A stretch of 55,620 nucleotides of DNA, filler included, from Sluysia triapertura (GCA_046118255.1; 4 parts of 4 records of this genome joined end to end with filler, not necessarily neighbours in it); one strand, 5' to 3'. Shown: positions 37,696-51,309, counted from the first letter of the whole stretch. Made by a program: numbers and translations. The notes: generated by a model not told the origin, from the letters alone.

Positions 37696-39709
37696 CTGGT
37701 ATAGCCTCGTTTATGTTCATGAAGATGACCAACTAAAATACCACGTGGTTTCCATGCAGTCGGTTTCAGATAACCTTGGCCTTCAATCAAAATAGTATTA
37801 CTATGTTGATAGTACGAACCTTGATTTCCACTGACACTTCCAGTGACATTGGTCGCTTCTGTTAAATAATTTACATTAGAAGTACTAGAAATTCCGATAG
37901 AACTTGAATTAGGATTGAAGCTGCCAGATGTTATATTATCACTTAGACCAGAGTATGGAGTATTTGTATTGGTGGAGGTAGATATATGTCCGGTGTTATC
38001 AATAGATACCACTCCACGAATAACTGAACCGGATCCAATAATTGAAGTTGAACTATTGCCAAATCCAAGGGTACAACTACCATTTACAAGACTTCGAATA
38101 ATTGAATCACGAAATATGGTTTCACTGTTTGTATTTTCTTCCATTCTGCAGAAAAAATCCAATTATCTAATTAATCATGTAATGAGTTGTACTTTGTGGC
38201 TTTTGCTGGGGGATTTCATAATGTCGTGCCCTTGAGCATTAAAAAGCTATTGCAGGTGTTAATGTATAGAAAATTTCAAAAATTTGCACATAAAGAGTAA
38301 GTAAATAACAATTTTTCCCTTGCGATAACGCATGGGGAAAAGATGTATTGAACTTATCTTATATAATTCTCAGTAAAATGTTTATTAAAAAATCATATTT
38401 TACTACAATATGAATTCATTTAAAATGACAACTTTAAAAAAATGTTTCATTTCGAGGAAGAAAATTCGTAACATGATACTAAACGGTACTATATATTTTA
38501 CTGTATATTTCAAAAGAGATAACAATAACTTAACTCAATCATTTGTAAAATTTAAAATAATTTTTATAATGAGTAGTGGCTGCTTTAAGTTTTAAGTTTT
38601 ATTGTGTTTTGAAATATCCTATGAAATTAGGTTCTACCAAATGAAATCATAACATCATAAAGCGAAAATTATAAGGAATTAAAATATATTATTATGTATA
38701 ACCCATAAGTAAATATCAGTCATCGAAAGATTCAGTAAATAAAGGCGATTAAATATTTAGTTTTAATAAGAGAATATACATTCATGAAGTTCGAAGAAAA
38801 TTTGTGCTAGAAATAGCACATTAAAATCACATTTGTAGTCAAAATTGAGCTATACTAATAAGGAAATTGTAGAGATACGTAAGGCATTCAACATTTTTTG
38901 TTATGAAATCCTAACGCCATTAAAAAACTATTGAATACGAACAAAATAAATGTTGGGATACAATTTCAATCATGGCAACATGTAAAGAATTATATATCCT
39001 CAAGGATCATAGATTATAATTTCAAATTACTATTCCTTTTCTAAATTAACAAGGCAGATTCAAATTCAATAACAAAATCATAAAATCTATTTATTTTTAA
39101 AAGTTGATGGAAAATGTGTTCTGATTAATATTATTACTATTACTATTAATATTATTATTGTTGTTGTTAGAATACATTTATTTATCAATATTAGATCAAT
39201 AATTGCTATGCATCCCAAAATAAGGTTATTAAATAAACTATGGATTCTTGTGTATTACACCATGATATTGATTATAATTAATGATTAAAAAATATATTAA
39301 TGTTACAATACTTGGGAGTAACACTAAATAATTTTACCTTATATATTTTATTGGAAAACTAACGGATCCATAAACTGATCCATACCCAACGTAATTTCGT
39401 CTCCATCATCATCATCATCATCATCATTACCGTCACGAATTCTTGTTTTATTAACTGACACTAAAGTATCAATTGCAGTGTTTGACGAATTCTGCGACCG
39501 ATTATCAACAATTGTACTCAGTTTTTCATCACCAACAAGCACATTTGATGAATTTTGAAACATACATTCCCATGTACTGTTTTCTTGTACCATGGAAGAC
39601 AGTGTCCATCGACGTGTTCCATCACGTTGTTCAATAAACAGTGGATGTATGTCATAAGATGATACACCTTGACCACTATTTACGGTAGTTGCAGTACTTG
39701 GGCGGACAG
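37696..39709 (-). CDS. PIK3R4: Two internal exons of a VPS15/PIK3R4 homolog (linker region and start of WD40 domain): 39709-39364 and 38145-37696
   Basis: AWKPRGILVGHLHEHKR matches the VPS15 signature GWRPKGLLVAHLHEHK, and NSTWECMFQ matches the upstream EEWKSMFG motif (both recalled). Both exons are open with canonical sites (tttag|, |gttagt, ttctgcag|, |gtaaat) and are phase-compatible (CC|A = Pro). No flanking exons recognised. Confidence 0.8.
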
Positions 39710-40332
39710 CTAAATAAATTTCAAATTTTTTCTCAATATTACTTTACAATATCAAATAAAGCAAATTAATTTGAAAATTATGTATGATTAAATCTATTTA
39801 GATGACCATAAAATTTTAAAAAATTAATAATTTAAAAATGTGTATAATTCTGCATAGTTTTCATACTGATTTTGAAAATTATATCAAATATAATTATTTA
39901 ATTTAAAAATAATTGTTTAAATTACTTGAAATAGTTTTAGTAATAAACAAATAAAATAAGAAATAGAGCTTGAACAAAAATTTAAAAATAATAATTTTAA
40001 TCAATTAAATAAATATATAATTTTCAAAAATATGTGTGTAATTTATTTAAAACTATTTACAACGAATTATTTTAAACAAATTTGAAATAATTTTACATTA
40101 AAATATCAACAATTAAAGAAACTTCAAAACAGAAATTTTTGGTATGCAGCTTCATAAAAAATATCGAGGTTATTTAAATAAATACATTTATTTATTGAAT
40201 TTGCCATTTGCATTGTTTAGAGGACATTATAAGTCTCACATACTTTTTTCGAATTCTTTATTATATTTATTCGCAAATTTTCCATAATATCAAATTAAAT
40301 TAAAATTATTTATTTATAGATTATTTTATTAG

Positions 40333-40548
40333 CACTATTTCTACCACGACATTGTGTATACCTATTTCGACCAAAAAGTGTATATTTAGATCTAGGATGA
40401 GCTGAAGGAAAATTATACCACTAAATAAATTTTACAATTATTATACGAAAAGTCAAAACAAGAATTGAGAAAAAATGGTTAAACTTAGAAAATAATTTCA
40501 AATTAAAATGTTAAAATGTGTCTTTTGACACCTTTGGTAGAAATAGTG
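40333..40548. mobile_element. piggyBac-like MITE
   Basis: Perfect 14-bp terminal inverted repeat CACTATTTCTACCA / TGGTAGAAATAGTG, flanked by TTAG (left) and TTAA (right); 216 bp, non-coding. Confidence 0.75.
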
Positions 40549-41129
40549 TTAAAATAATGAACAGAAAAATAAATTTTAGCAGGGTTCATTTGAAGTGAAG
40601 GGCTTATAATGTGTAGTAGGTGTTCCTTTAACTAAACTTTCAGTAAATCTTGTTTAGACTGTTAGGTTCACAAAAAAGTAATAATATTAATATTAATAAT
40701 GATAATAATTTTTAATTAATAATAAATTTAAGTATTATAAAATAATAAATAAATTTAAAATAATAAATTAAAAAAGAATTAAAGTTTTAATAAATTAATA
40801 TTAAAATATTAATAATAAAAAAATATTCACTTACGAAATTAATTAAGTAGTAATATTAAGAATAATATTTTGTATAAACACAATTATCTCTGAAACTCAA
40901 TATGCATACATTATATAAGTAAAATTAAAGTAGAATCCAAAGTCAATTTAAATTAGCTCTGAACTACTATGAAAGTAAGTTTTTTTGCTAGTTTAGACTA
41001 TTTGTTTCAACAATTTTTATGCATGGTGTCATGTTGGAAGATTTATCGTAATTTTGGAAACATTAATCAACTCTGTGAAATAGTAGCAAATTTAAATATT
41101 CAGTAAGACGATGCCATTGAGAATCATAA

Positions 41130-41600
41130 ATTTTTTTAGACCGATTTAATGCTGGCAAAAATCATTTTCTTAAGTATTATTTATTGAATTAAATTTCTAA
41201 ACCTCAGTGTTAATAAACCTTTGTAAAGGAAAGTTAATTAGAATTCTGGAATTGAACATTCATAAATAAATATACACCTTCGGCTCAAGTAAATATAATA
41301 AAGTTAAAATTCATTGTTAACATTTATTTAATAACGAGAAATTTAAGGTTAAGACAGTAGAAAGTTAAATTTTATTAAGAATTATCTCTAATAGTTACAG
41401 ATAGATAGTATACTGTAACTACTAAACTGTAACCCTTTTAAAATGCGTAAACTTAATAGTTATGATGTTATAATTTTACTGTTAAAACTTCTACAGTCTT
41501 TGAAGTGTAAACCATTAAATTTTATTTCACAGAAATTATGTAAAATGCCTAATGTTGAAATATTAAAAGTATTATTGTGCAAAAATTACATAGTGGAGTA
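41130..41600 (+). pseudogene. Leucine-rich-repeat-like pseudogene remnant
   Basis: LDRFNAGKNHF (41136), IKFLNLSVNK (41188) and LCKMPNVEILKVLLCKNYI (~41536-41592) fit LxxLxLxxNxL on one strand. Confidence 0.45.
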
Positions 41601-44431
41601 GATTCAACTGTTCTTATTATATTAAATATTTTAAAAAATTTGGAAAAATATGTTAATCAGGGTGATAAAAAAACAGCTGCGACCAAATTAATTTTAAAGA
41701 AACCTTTTATTTATTTAAAAAGGTATTTCGCGAGTAGCTTTAATGGAAGCCATTTTTAGTACATTTAGAAAAACATCAATATATTTTTGTTAGATTTATG
41801 TGTTTTTTGTGTTATATAATCGATGTTCAATTCGATATTTATTTGTTTTCATGGGTCGAATAACCGCTCAAAATCCGTATTAACAGTTTTGTCAGGCATT
41901 AAGCCGGTTTCAAATTCATTAAAAATTAAAATTAAATTAAAAATAAAAAATTAAATTATAGGAACAACAAGAACAAATCAGCGCAGCATTCCAAAAGATT
42001 TTAACTCCAGCCTTCTCCTGCCACATTTTTCCGCAGAATCCGTTTAAATAAAGATGCTAAGATTGGTTTAAACTTGTAGTGAAGTTCTTGAATACTCACA
42101 GAACACGCAGCAGTGGAAGAATTTATGGATGACGAAGATTATTTAGTTGAACTATTACAAGTGATTTCAGAAATCTAAATATGTTTATATTTATCCATAC
42201 AAAATATTTGGTTTCCATAAAATTATCTACAGTTGCTATTAAATAAATAGTGTTTACAATTTTTTATTTCTTTTTGAGGTTAAGCAACTGTTTTCAAAAT
42301 GATTTTTAATTCTACTCTTGTTTTTATAAATAATCATATTTTAGATATGTTCTCTTTGCTGAATGATTTAATATTTTTTAAATATATAAGCAAATATTTG
42401 AAAAATAAAAAATTGAGTTTAGTGAAACTACATTAATAAAAAAATTAAAATTAAAATGTTAGTAAAATTTAATAACAAATAATGTATTTATACAAACATA
42501 TTCCATAAATTATTATTAATTTATAAACATAATTAATTATTTATTTAATAATCAAATTTTTAAATTATTATTAATTTGTTATAAGCATTAATTATTATAA
42601 ATTTCATTAAATAAATTTTAAAGACAATCATAAATATAATATATTTACTTTTAGCCAATCAAATTACGCTAAAATTTAAATATTGCTTAAAGAAAGATTA
42701 TTAAACGAACAATCCTTTTTTTATTTGTTGCCTCTGATAATTTATTATTTTTAATTTTTATTTATGTTTCATATGTTAAATAATTGTCTTATTTGAATTT
42801 ATAAATGATTACTTTTTATCGACAATTTTATTATTGAATAATTAAAACGAAATTATTTCAAAAGTAAGTCTTATAATATAATACTATTATAAATTTACAA
42901 TAATTAATACTACTAAATGTAAATTTTTCTAAATTTAGGATACTTTATTTTTAAAAAATGGATTAATTTTTTCATTTTGTAAATGTTTCAAAAAATAAAA
43001 TTTAATTTTATGAATATTATTTTAGTATTGAATAAATTCAAACCTTTTATTTTGATGTATTATTAAATAAGTGAAACTAAAAACCGTATTAAATTATGAA
43101 ATTTATTAATTTATATTCGTCATTTAAAAATAATATAAATTATTTTTATTTTATGTTAAAAAAATATTTACGTAATAACATTTGTTTATTATTTACATAA
43201 TTATTTGTCGTTTTATTACATTTCACCGTATCAAATTTTTTATGATACAATTTTGTAGTAAAAGTAAGAAAAATATTTATTATATTACATTTAAAAAATT
43301 TATCTAAATTACTGCTTATTAAAAGTATTATTAAAATATAATAAATAGTATTTAAATTTATATTATTAAAAACATATATATTTAAGTTAAGGAAATGTCA
43401 TAAATTATTCAGGAATGTTATTTATTTTTTGCTGAAAATTTTATTTTAAAATAGATGATTAAATAAATATTTAATATTAAACATAAATTAATTATAAAAA
43501 TAAAAATGAAAATATAATAAAATTTAAAAAATTTTATTTAAATTTAATAATGGTTCTTTAATAAAATTAATTACATTGAAATTTTAATAAAAATATCATG
43601 TTTTTTGGCATGACATTTTTAATATTATATTTATTAACTAAATTTTTTAATATAAATGTATTGTTTTTAAAATTTTTCTTTATGAAAATTAAAAATTATA
43701 CAAATATTTATTTTTAAAAAAATCAAAATTGCACAAATGATAAAATCAATAAATTAAATAATTCTAGAGATTATTGCGTTTTAAGTTAGTATTCAAAATA
43801 AAATTATTGTAATTATGCATTAAAATATAATCGATATTTTTTTTATTTAACTGAAACCTTTATAAAAAATGTTAAAATATAATATTCATTATTTCTTCTT
43901 AATGGATATAATAATATTTATATTTTACTGAATATAGAGAAGAATTGAGTGGTGGTATGTTGGTATTATAATAATTAATCAAATAAGTGCTAAATTATTT
44001 AAAATTGTTACAATTAAATATCATGACTTGGCATTTACAATTAAATGTTACGCATTCGAATAGAAATACCTTTACAAACACCATCAGGTATTTCAGGTAA
44101 AGAACATTTAGATGAATTTTATGATTATTTAAATATTGTTCTACGAAAAACTAAAAACTGAAAGTAAAACTGAAGATTAAAAAGTGTTTTTTTGTAAACA
44201 ATTATATTGAAATATATCAGAAATAGACATTGAGAACTAAGTAAAGACCTATGAAGTAAATTTGGAGGAAATTACACAGATGATGTAGATACATTTAGCA
44301 AAGTATATTATTTTAAAGTGTAAAAATTTTGTAATGAGAAATTATGGTTTAATTCGAAGATTATTCGATTACAAAGAATTAAACGATAAAATAAAGGAAC
44401 TGGATAAGTAAAAAACCAATGAAACAGAGAA

Positions 44432-44531
44432 NNNNNNNNNNNNNNNNNNNNNNNNNNNNNNNNNNNNNNNNNNNNTTAATTAATTAANNNNNNNNNNNNN
44501 NNNNNNNNNNNNNNNNNNNNNNNNNNNNNNN
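44432..44531. other. Artificial assembly spacer
   Basis: 44 N + TTAATTAATTAA + 44 N. Confidence 0.98.
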
Positions 44532-46119
44532 TTGATTTTATAGTAATTATCTAAATATATTTTTAAATATTCTATTTATTTATTGATAATTAGAAAATTT
44601 CTTAATTTTTTTAGTTATGATGTGCTCTGTGTGCTAAGGTATTCCAGATTTCAGGTGCCGATAATTTTAATTTTATACTTAAATTATTATTTTGTAATAT
44701 CAAATTGAGAAACTTGAAAACACAAATAAAAATAATATTGTGACAATTTTTCAAACGGAATTAAAAAAATATACATAATAAACCCGAAATATCTTCAGAT
44801 GTTCGGAAACTTCATTTATTAATTATAAATTGTCAAGACTTATTTTATAATCGCTGAGTTATGTTTTCTTAATATATCCTTACCCACCGAAACAAATTTA
44901 ACTTAAACTGTGCTAGTGTTATAATCATGTAGTATGGCTAAGAGTGGGATTTACAAGTGAAATAAATTGAAGTCTTACTATATGTAGATTGAGTATACAT
45001 TGATTATGTATCTGCTCAGTTTCTTTTATTCTTACTTAAGCAAAAGAATTTTAAATCTTGCAGTTTCGTTATGATGTATGACTTAAACTCAATGAGGACG
45101 TAGTTTTAAAATTACGACAAATTTATATCAAAATGGAGGGATTGAGTGGTGGCCAGCACCATTACGCAAAATTTGTAACACATCACATAAAATTTATTAG
45201 TTATGATAACTCAATATTATCTTGATTAGCTTAAAAGAATCTTAATAATTTAAATAATCAGTATATCAAGTATAATGCTGCTGTAATTTTCTCTTATAAT
45301 ATTAATAACTATTACCCCAAATTTAAGTTCCTGAAAATTAAATCAAACCTAAGACAGTAATGTACTATTAAATAAAGATCAAAATAGAATTTATTATTAT
45401 TAATATGAGTCTTCGCTAAATAAAACTAAAATGACAAAAATAATAATAGTGTTTATAATAATAACAAGGATGTTACAACCTCTTTAAAATAAAACAAACA
45501 GGAGTGACGCAACAAACAAATGAAATATTAATATCCAGGAAGCTTAAAATATTAATGTTGGATAACTATATTAACATAAAAACAAAATGTAAATGTTTTC
45601 TTTTTTCATGATTCTTATTTCAACAATGTTTGTAATGTTCAATCCATCACTTGTATCAGGTCTTCCTTGATTTTATAGTTCTGTATGTTTCTTACTCATC
45701 TCCTGATCTACAATTGGGCAATCCCAACAAAAATATGAAATTAAATTTCTATAAAACATCTTCAATTTCCCTAATTTTCTTTTATAACTCTTTCTCTTAC
45801 TCACTCTCACTTCTCCTTAACTCTATATCTAACTGTCCTTTAACTTATATTTTTCTATCATCTCCTTCCAACTCTCTTCTACGCAATGGATTCTCACATC
45901 AAGAGCAACAAGAAGAACAGGCATTAGTTCGATCGGATAAAAAATTTTCTCATCATCTATCGATGGTAATGATAATTCTAAGAACGCCGACAAAGGAAAC
46001 AGCAATTAGGTGAAAATTTATGAAATTCATAGATTTTACGTTTCAGGTTCGGAAAGTTAATTATGAAGTTATGAGGCAGGTGTTTTTATAGATCTTCCAC
46101 AAAATAATGTTAATAATAA

Positions 46120-48450
46120 AATGTTAACTCCAAATAGAATTTCAAAAGAAATCCAAGAAAACAGTGCTGAGAATTGTGCACAGATAAGGGTAACCTCACT
46201 TACTTTAATATCAAATTCTACCTATGATTAAGATATTGAATTGAAGTGTGAAAAACTTTTTAAAATCGAGAACTCCTTAAATAAAAATATTAATGAAATA
46301 GATGACCTTAAAAAAGCAAATATTATTTAAAGATTGTATTGTTTCTGAGGAAATGAAGAAGGATAAGTCAGAAAACCTATTAAGGAAGAGACTTATCAAT
46401 CTGAAGAAATATTGAAGGAAATGATGAAATGGTTAAAGAAAAACAAGATAAAGCAAGTATCATAGGAAAGCAGGAAATTGAAAATGTGAAATCTGTAGAT
46501 AAAATAAATTGGACAGGATATGAAATAGAAACGATAGAACTAAAATCTGAAGAACAAGATATTTGCATCGATAAAGATTTGTTGGTGTCCAAAAAAGAAT
46601 CTAGTAATACAGATATTAAAGAAATTGATTTCAAATAGGAAGCGTTTTCAACAATACATAAAACAGAAAAATTACCATTAAATGAAATAACTGCAAAACA
46701 AATGACAAAAGCGAACGAATATATTGTTCGCGATCATGTCGATAATATTTACACTGTAAAATTAGAAAACGCTGATCAAAATGATTTACAATTTAAAGTC
46801 ATTGAAAATACCAAAAATGAAGATTCTAAAATAGAAATGGAAAATATTTCTAATCTTACAAATGAATACAAAAGGAAATTAATTGTGGCAATAATAATAA
46901 TAATAATAATAAAATTTTTAAAAATTAATAATTTACTGCAACGTAGGAAGTCGCTGTTTTTCTGCGATATAAAATGACTACCAAATTTAGCAGTAATAAC
47001 TAATTGTGACATTATATTTTGGCAAACAAAATTTGATATGTATGAAGTTGTTACGAACAATGATAATACGACTTATATAAAATACATGAACAATTAAGTT
47101 TATAAAGTTGTTACGAAATATAAAGATTATATTTTCTATGTAAAGCGGGCTATGCATAATGTAGATATGAATGCAGATCACAAGTTCCTCGTTGAAGAGA
47201 CGATTAATAAACCTAACGTAAAAGCAATAGAGATAATGTTTCATGCAGCGAAGATAATTATTGAAGAAAAATCAGATTGTTCAAAAACCATTCGTTTTCT
47301 ATCAAACTCTTCACATTATTCTTTTATTGCAGGACGTAATCATTCATGCCTAACGTCAATCCCTGAACAAAGGAGCAATTTTCTCGATTCTCCGGAATTT
47401 GTTCTCCCATATTTTCACGTTTATAATAAATTAATCGTAGTGTTTTATTTTGGTGTGTTTCAATTAAACTTATTTGAATCCATAATATCTTTTATAATTG
47501 ATTATGATAATCTTTTTTTCGATAAAGTTAATTTAAATAAATTGTTGAATTAAAACAGTAATGTATAATAATTTTATTTATAGAGAAGCAATAATTATCA
47601 GGGTTTAGAGAAAATAATAGTTTTGATTTTGGAAGTGGTAATAATTATAATGTTGGTTCTAATGGTTACGAATAATTTTGATACGCACATCAACAATAGG
47701 AATGAGTCCTGTTAAGTTCAATAATAATAGCAACTATAAGGTTCAGACAAATGTAGAAATGGATGTAATATATAATCACTGTGGTAAGCAATAACACCAT
47801 GTTGGGAACTATAAAAGTTAAGATCAGGTACTTTCAACGAAAATCTCACTAAATGAAAGAGCACGATAAGGCGAATTCCACAAAAAAAGATAAGATTTAA
47901 TGAAGGTAAGAATAAGGGTAAGAGACAAATAGATTATAATTATAACAAAGCCTAAAATAATTACAAAAGCTCTGATGATGGGGAATGCGGATATTATGAT
48001 TATGAAGGGGAGCATGAACGATGAATGAAATCAGATGGCAAGGATGATGATGAAAATAAAGATGATATAAATGAAAAAAGTAGAAGTATTTGCAAATTAC
48101 ATGACTGTTTCGTTAGATATCTAAAAAGGAAACAAGAATTAAAGAACCAATAGATTGAGGATGAAGAGACTAAACGAAAAATAGATAACAATGAAACAAT
48201 ATTAGAACCAAACGAAGACAGTGAAATGAACTTAAAGACAACTTAAACAATACGGAATCATTAACAAATGGAAACACTAAAGTAGACTCAAGTACTAGTG
48301 AAAAAAATAATTCGAATATTAGTTAATAATTAAATCTAGAAATCGAAAGCGAACCGGATCCAATAATTGCATCTATCAATGAAGAAGAGAATTTATGTAC
48401 ACCAGAGTTAACTACAAACAAAGAAGTTAAGTTATTTCTCTCGGATTTAA
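46120..48450 (+). mobile_element. Decayed Glu/Lys-rich ORF fragments with a relic gag CCHC zinc knuckle (probable retroelement)
   Basis: 47771-47812 reads Y-NH-C-GKQ*-H-HVGN-Y, exact CX2CX4HX4C spacing with both outer Cys codons as TAT. Flanking acidic ORF pieces (46429-46638, 46702-46977) may belong to more than one element. Confidence 0.45.
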
Positions 48451-48470
48451 ATTCCTAGACTTCAATAAAT

Positions 48471-48548
48471 GGAATGACCGCGAATCGAACACGAGACCTC
48501 TCTCTTCACAGCTGTGCAGTTCGACGTTCTGACCACTGACAATCTAAC
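48471..48548 (-). pseudogene. tRNA-derived pseudogene or SINE head
   Basis: Minus strand: A-box-like TCAGTGGTCAGAACG, then AGGTC and a foldable T-arm TCGTG-TTCGATT-CGCGG. The anticodon arm is disrupted and the 5' acceptor strand is missing. Confidence 0.6.
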
Positions 48549-51309
48549 AATAGTCGATTATACTATCATTATTCTAAATGGAATTTTAGGTTTTTACCTC
48601 AACAAAACCATGGCTTAATAGGTGTAAAAAACATTGAGAATAATTTTAAAAATTTGTACATTTTGGATTTAAGCCTTCACAATATTAAAGCTAAATTAAG
48701 TAGTTGTATTAAGTGTTAATAATAACTATATCTATTAATAATCTACTTGATTTTATATGTGCTGTTTGCATGTATCTGATTATGCATATATAAATACTGA
48801 TTTTTGATCTTTGAATATTGAACATTATTTATATATAAATATTGATTTTTTGTATTTTCTAGAATTTATATTTGGATTTATTTATAACACTTAAGAAATT
48901 TTATTTTGTAAATTATTTAACATTTTCATTTAACATTCTATTGAAAATTATTAAATTAATATTTCATTTATACTTTGCTTAAATCAGTAAATTAATTAAT
49001 TATTTAATTTTATCAAGGTCAGTTCCGGAATAGTATGTAAGATAATGATTTTTAACATAAATACACACTAACCGTTTTCAATTTTCAAAAATTTAAGTTT
49101 GAGAAAAACATAGATTCGAAGAACTTATTTCTTTTCAAATAATTTGTTTAAATAACCGTTAGTTTATTATTTTAAGATTTGTACCCAGATACAGCGCAAT
49201 ACTTGACCTAAATTTGAATTTTGTAATTAATTGCGGAAATTTTTAATTGTTCCTTCGTAAATTCAATATTAAATTAATCAATTAAAGCAACTTTTTTGAT
49301 TTAATTTTTGCAATTTTATAAGTTAATTTTATTATCTGATAATTATATCTTTATTGTAATAACCTCATTATACATTTTTGGGACTCAAAAAACTTTTGTT
49401 TTTTAAATTTAAAATACCTAAAGTTAATATTTTATATTCCGCCGAATTTTATCGGCTTCGTAAAATATCTTATTTTTGAATCCTTTTAACGGATTCATCG
49501 TAAAATTCATTGCCATTAATTACGCAAATAATTTAGTAGATCCTTCACAAGAACATTTAATTTTTACATTTGACCTCTTATACTTAATTGCTTCTAAAAA
49601 ATCCAACGGCTAGCCTTAACCGGTAAGTGTAGTACATTGGTGAACTCACCATATTATTTATATTCTATTAATAGAATATGAAAATAAAACCTCAGCATAA
49701 GTATAAATTTGACGCAAGAAAAATATTAAGAAAAATCGCATATCTTTAAGAAAAGACCTAAGAAACCAACAAAAGAAACCAATAACAATTTAGTAACTCC
49801 AAATCAAGATCAAAAATTCCATAGATTATCTAGCGATAAAATTGATTTTGATAAAGAAGTTTAATTTAAGCACTGTTATCCAATAAGGTTGACAATTTCG
49901 ACGATTATATAAACTACTAACTAAAATAAAGTACTATAGGATTACACTAATTAAAATTAAAACTGTTGCGACCTTTAATTTAAATTAATAACAATAACTC
50001 AGTAACAAAATTAATTTAGTTTGAAATCGGGGTAAATTCAATAATCCTAAGATTAAATACAATTATTACAATGAGTTATTCTTTAACAGTAATACAAATC
50101 AATTTGTTACGTCTTTAGTAATTCCTTATTACTACCTAATTTAATTCAATATAGTGTTAAATTTAACACTTGATAAATCAAAAATAAAAGATTAAAAATC
50201 GAATATATTCAATGTAATGTAAATGTCTTAATTAAACAATTATGGCAAAACTACTCTGGGCAATGATAGAATAACCAAAATAGGGTTTAATAATTAACAC
50301 AGTTAATATAATAAAACAATGGTGACCCAGAAAAAATAAAACTATTCTTAAAAATCAAAAGGTTAGCTTCTCCAAAAATAAATAATTGTTATCTTTTTAA
50401 TCAAACAAAAAGGGTAACTTTCGCAAAAGGCATTTTTAACTTTAATTAAACAAAAAATTTTCAGCCCAATATTTTATCTTTAAATTTTAAAAATTAATAA
50501 TAAATAAAATAATCTAACCCCTGTGGATTGTAGTTGGTTCTGATTTTCTTAAATTGCTTATTATTAATTGTGTTATAAAATACATTTTGTTCTCTCTCGT
50601 CATCCAATAATTCTTGAGTTTTATAATAAAACACTTTCATACAAATCATTAGACCGACAATAAAACAGTTTTAAAATTACATGGTATGACATGTGATATT
50701 TTATTATGTACTGTGGTGTCTCAGTCATTCATAAATTCACACTAAGTTCACCTACAAATACAAATAATACAACATTACTAAAATGTCTAACCGGTTTATA
50801 GCATTTAAAATAGAAGTATAAAGGTTTACGAATTGTACCACCATTAATTTTCTGACATCGACCCTCCCTCCCGATATGGACCTGCTAACTCCGCCTTTTG
50901 TAATTATTTAAATAAAATATTGTCCATTTTCTTTTTTAAATTTTTTGTATTATGTACAGTTTTTCCATTTCTTTATTTTTCTACCATCACCTGTTTTATT
51001 CTTTTTTCAAAAAATATCTTTCATGCATCGTCAAGTTATGAAAATAAAATGAGTGATATTGATGTTTTTTTGGAAATTCTCATATATCAGAATTAATACA
51101 GCAATATGATAAAATAAAGAATCATGTATTTAAAATTGTTGAATTCGTATTAACATTAAAAGAGATGCACAATAAAGAATTTCTAAGATTTTTAACAGAA
51201 TTAATCAGATTGATAGTCATCTAATTCTTTGTTGTTTAAGTAATACCACTTTTTAGATATTTATTATAAAAACGATTTTATTTAGTTTATTATTGGAAAT
51301 ATCACAATA

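Noticed and set aside
37915-38235. Plus-strand 106-aa ORF
   Set aside because: Antisense shadow of the VPS15 exon.
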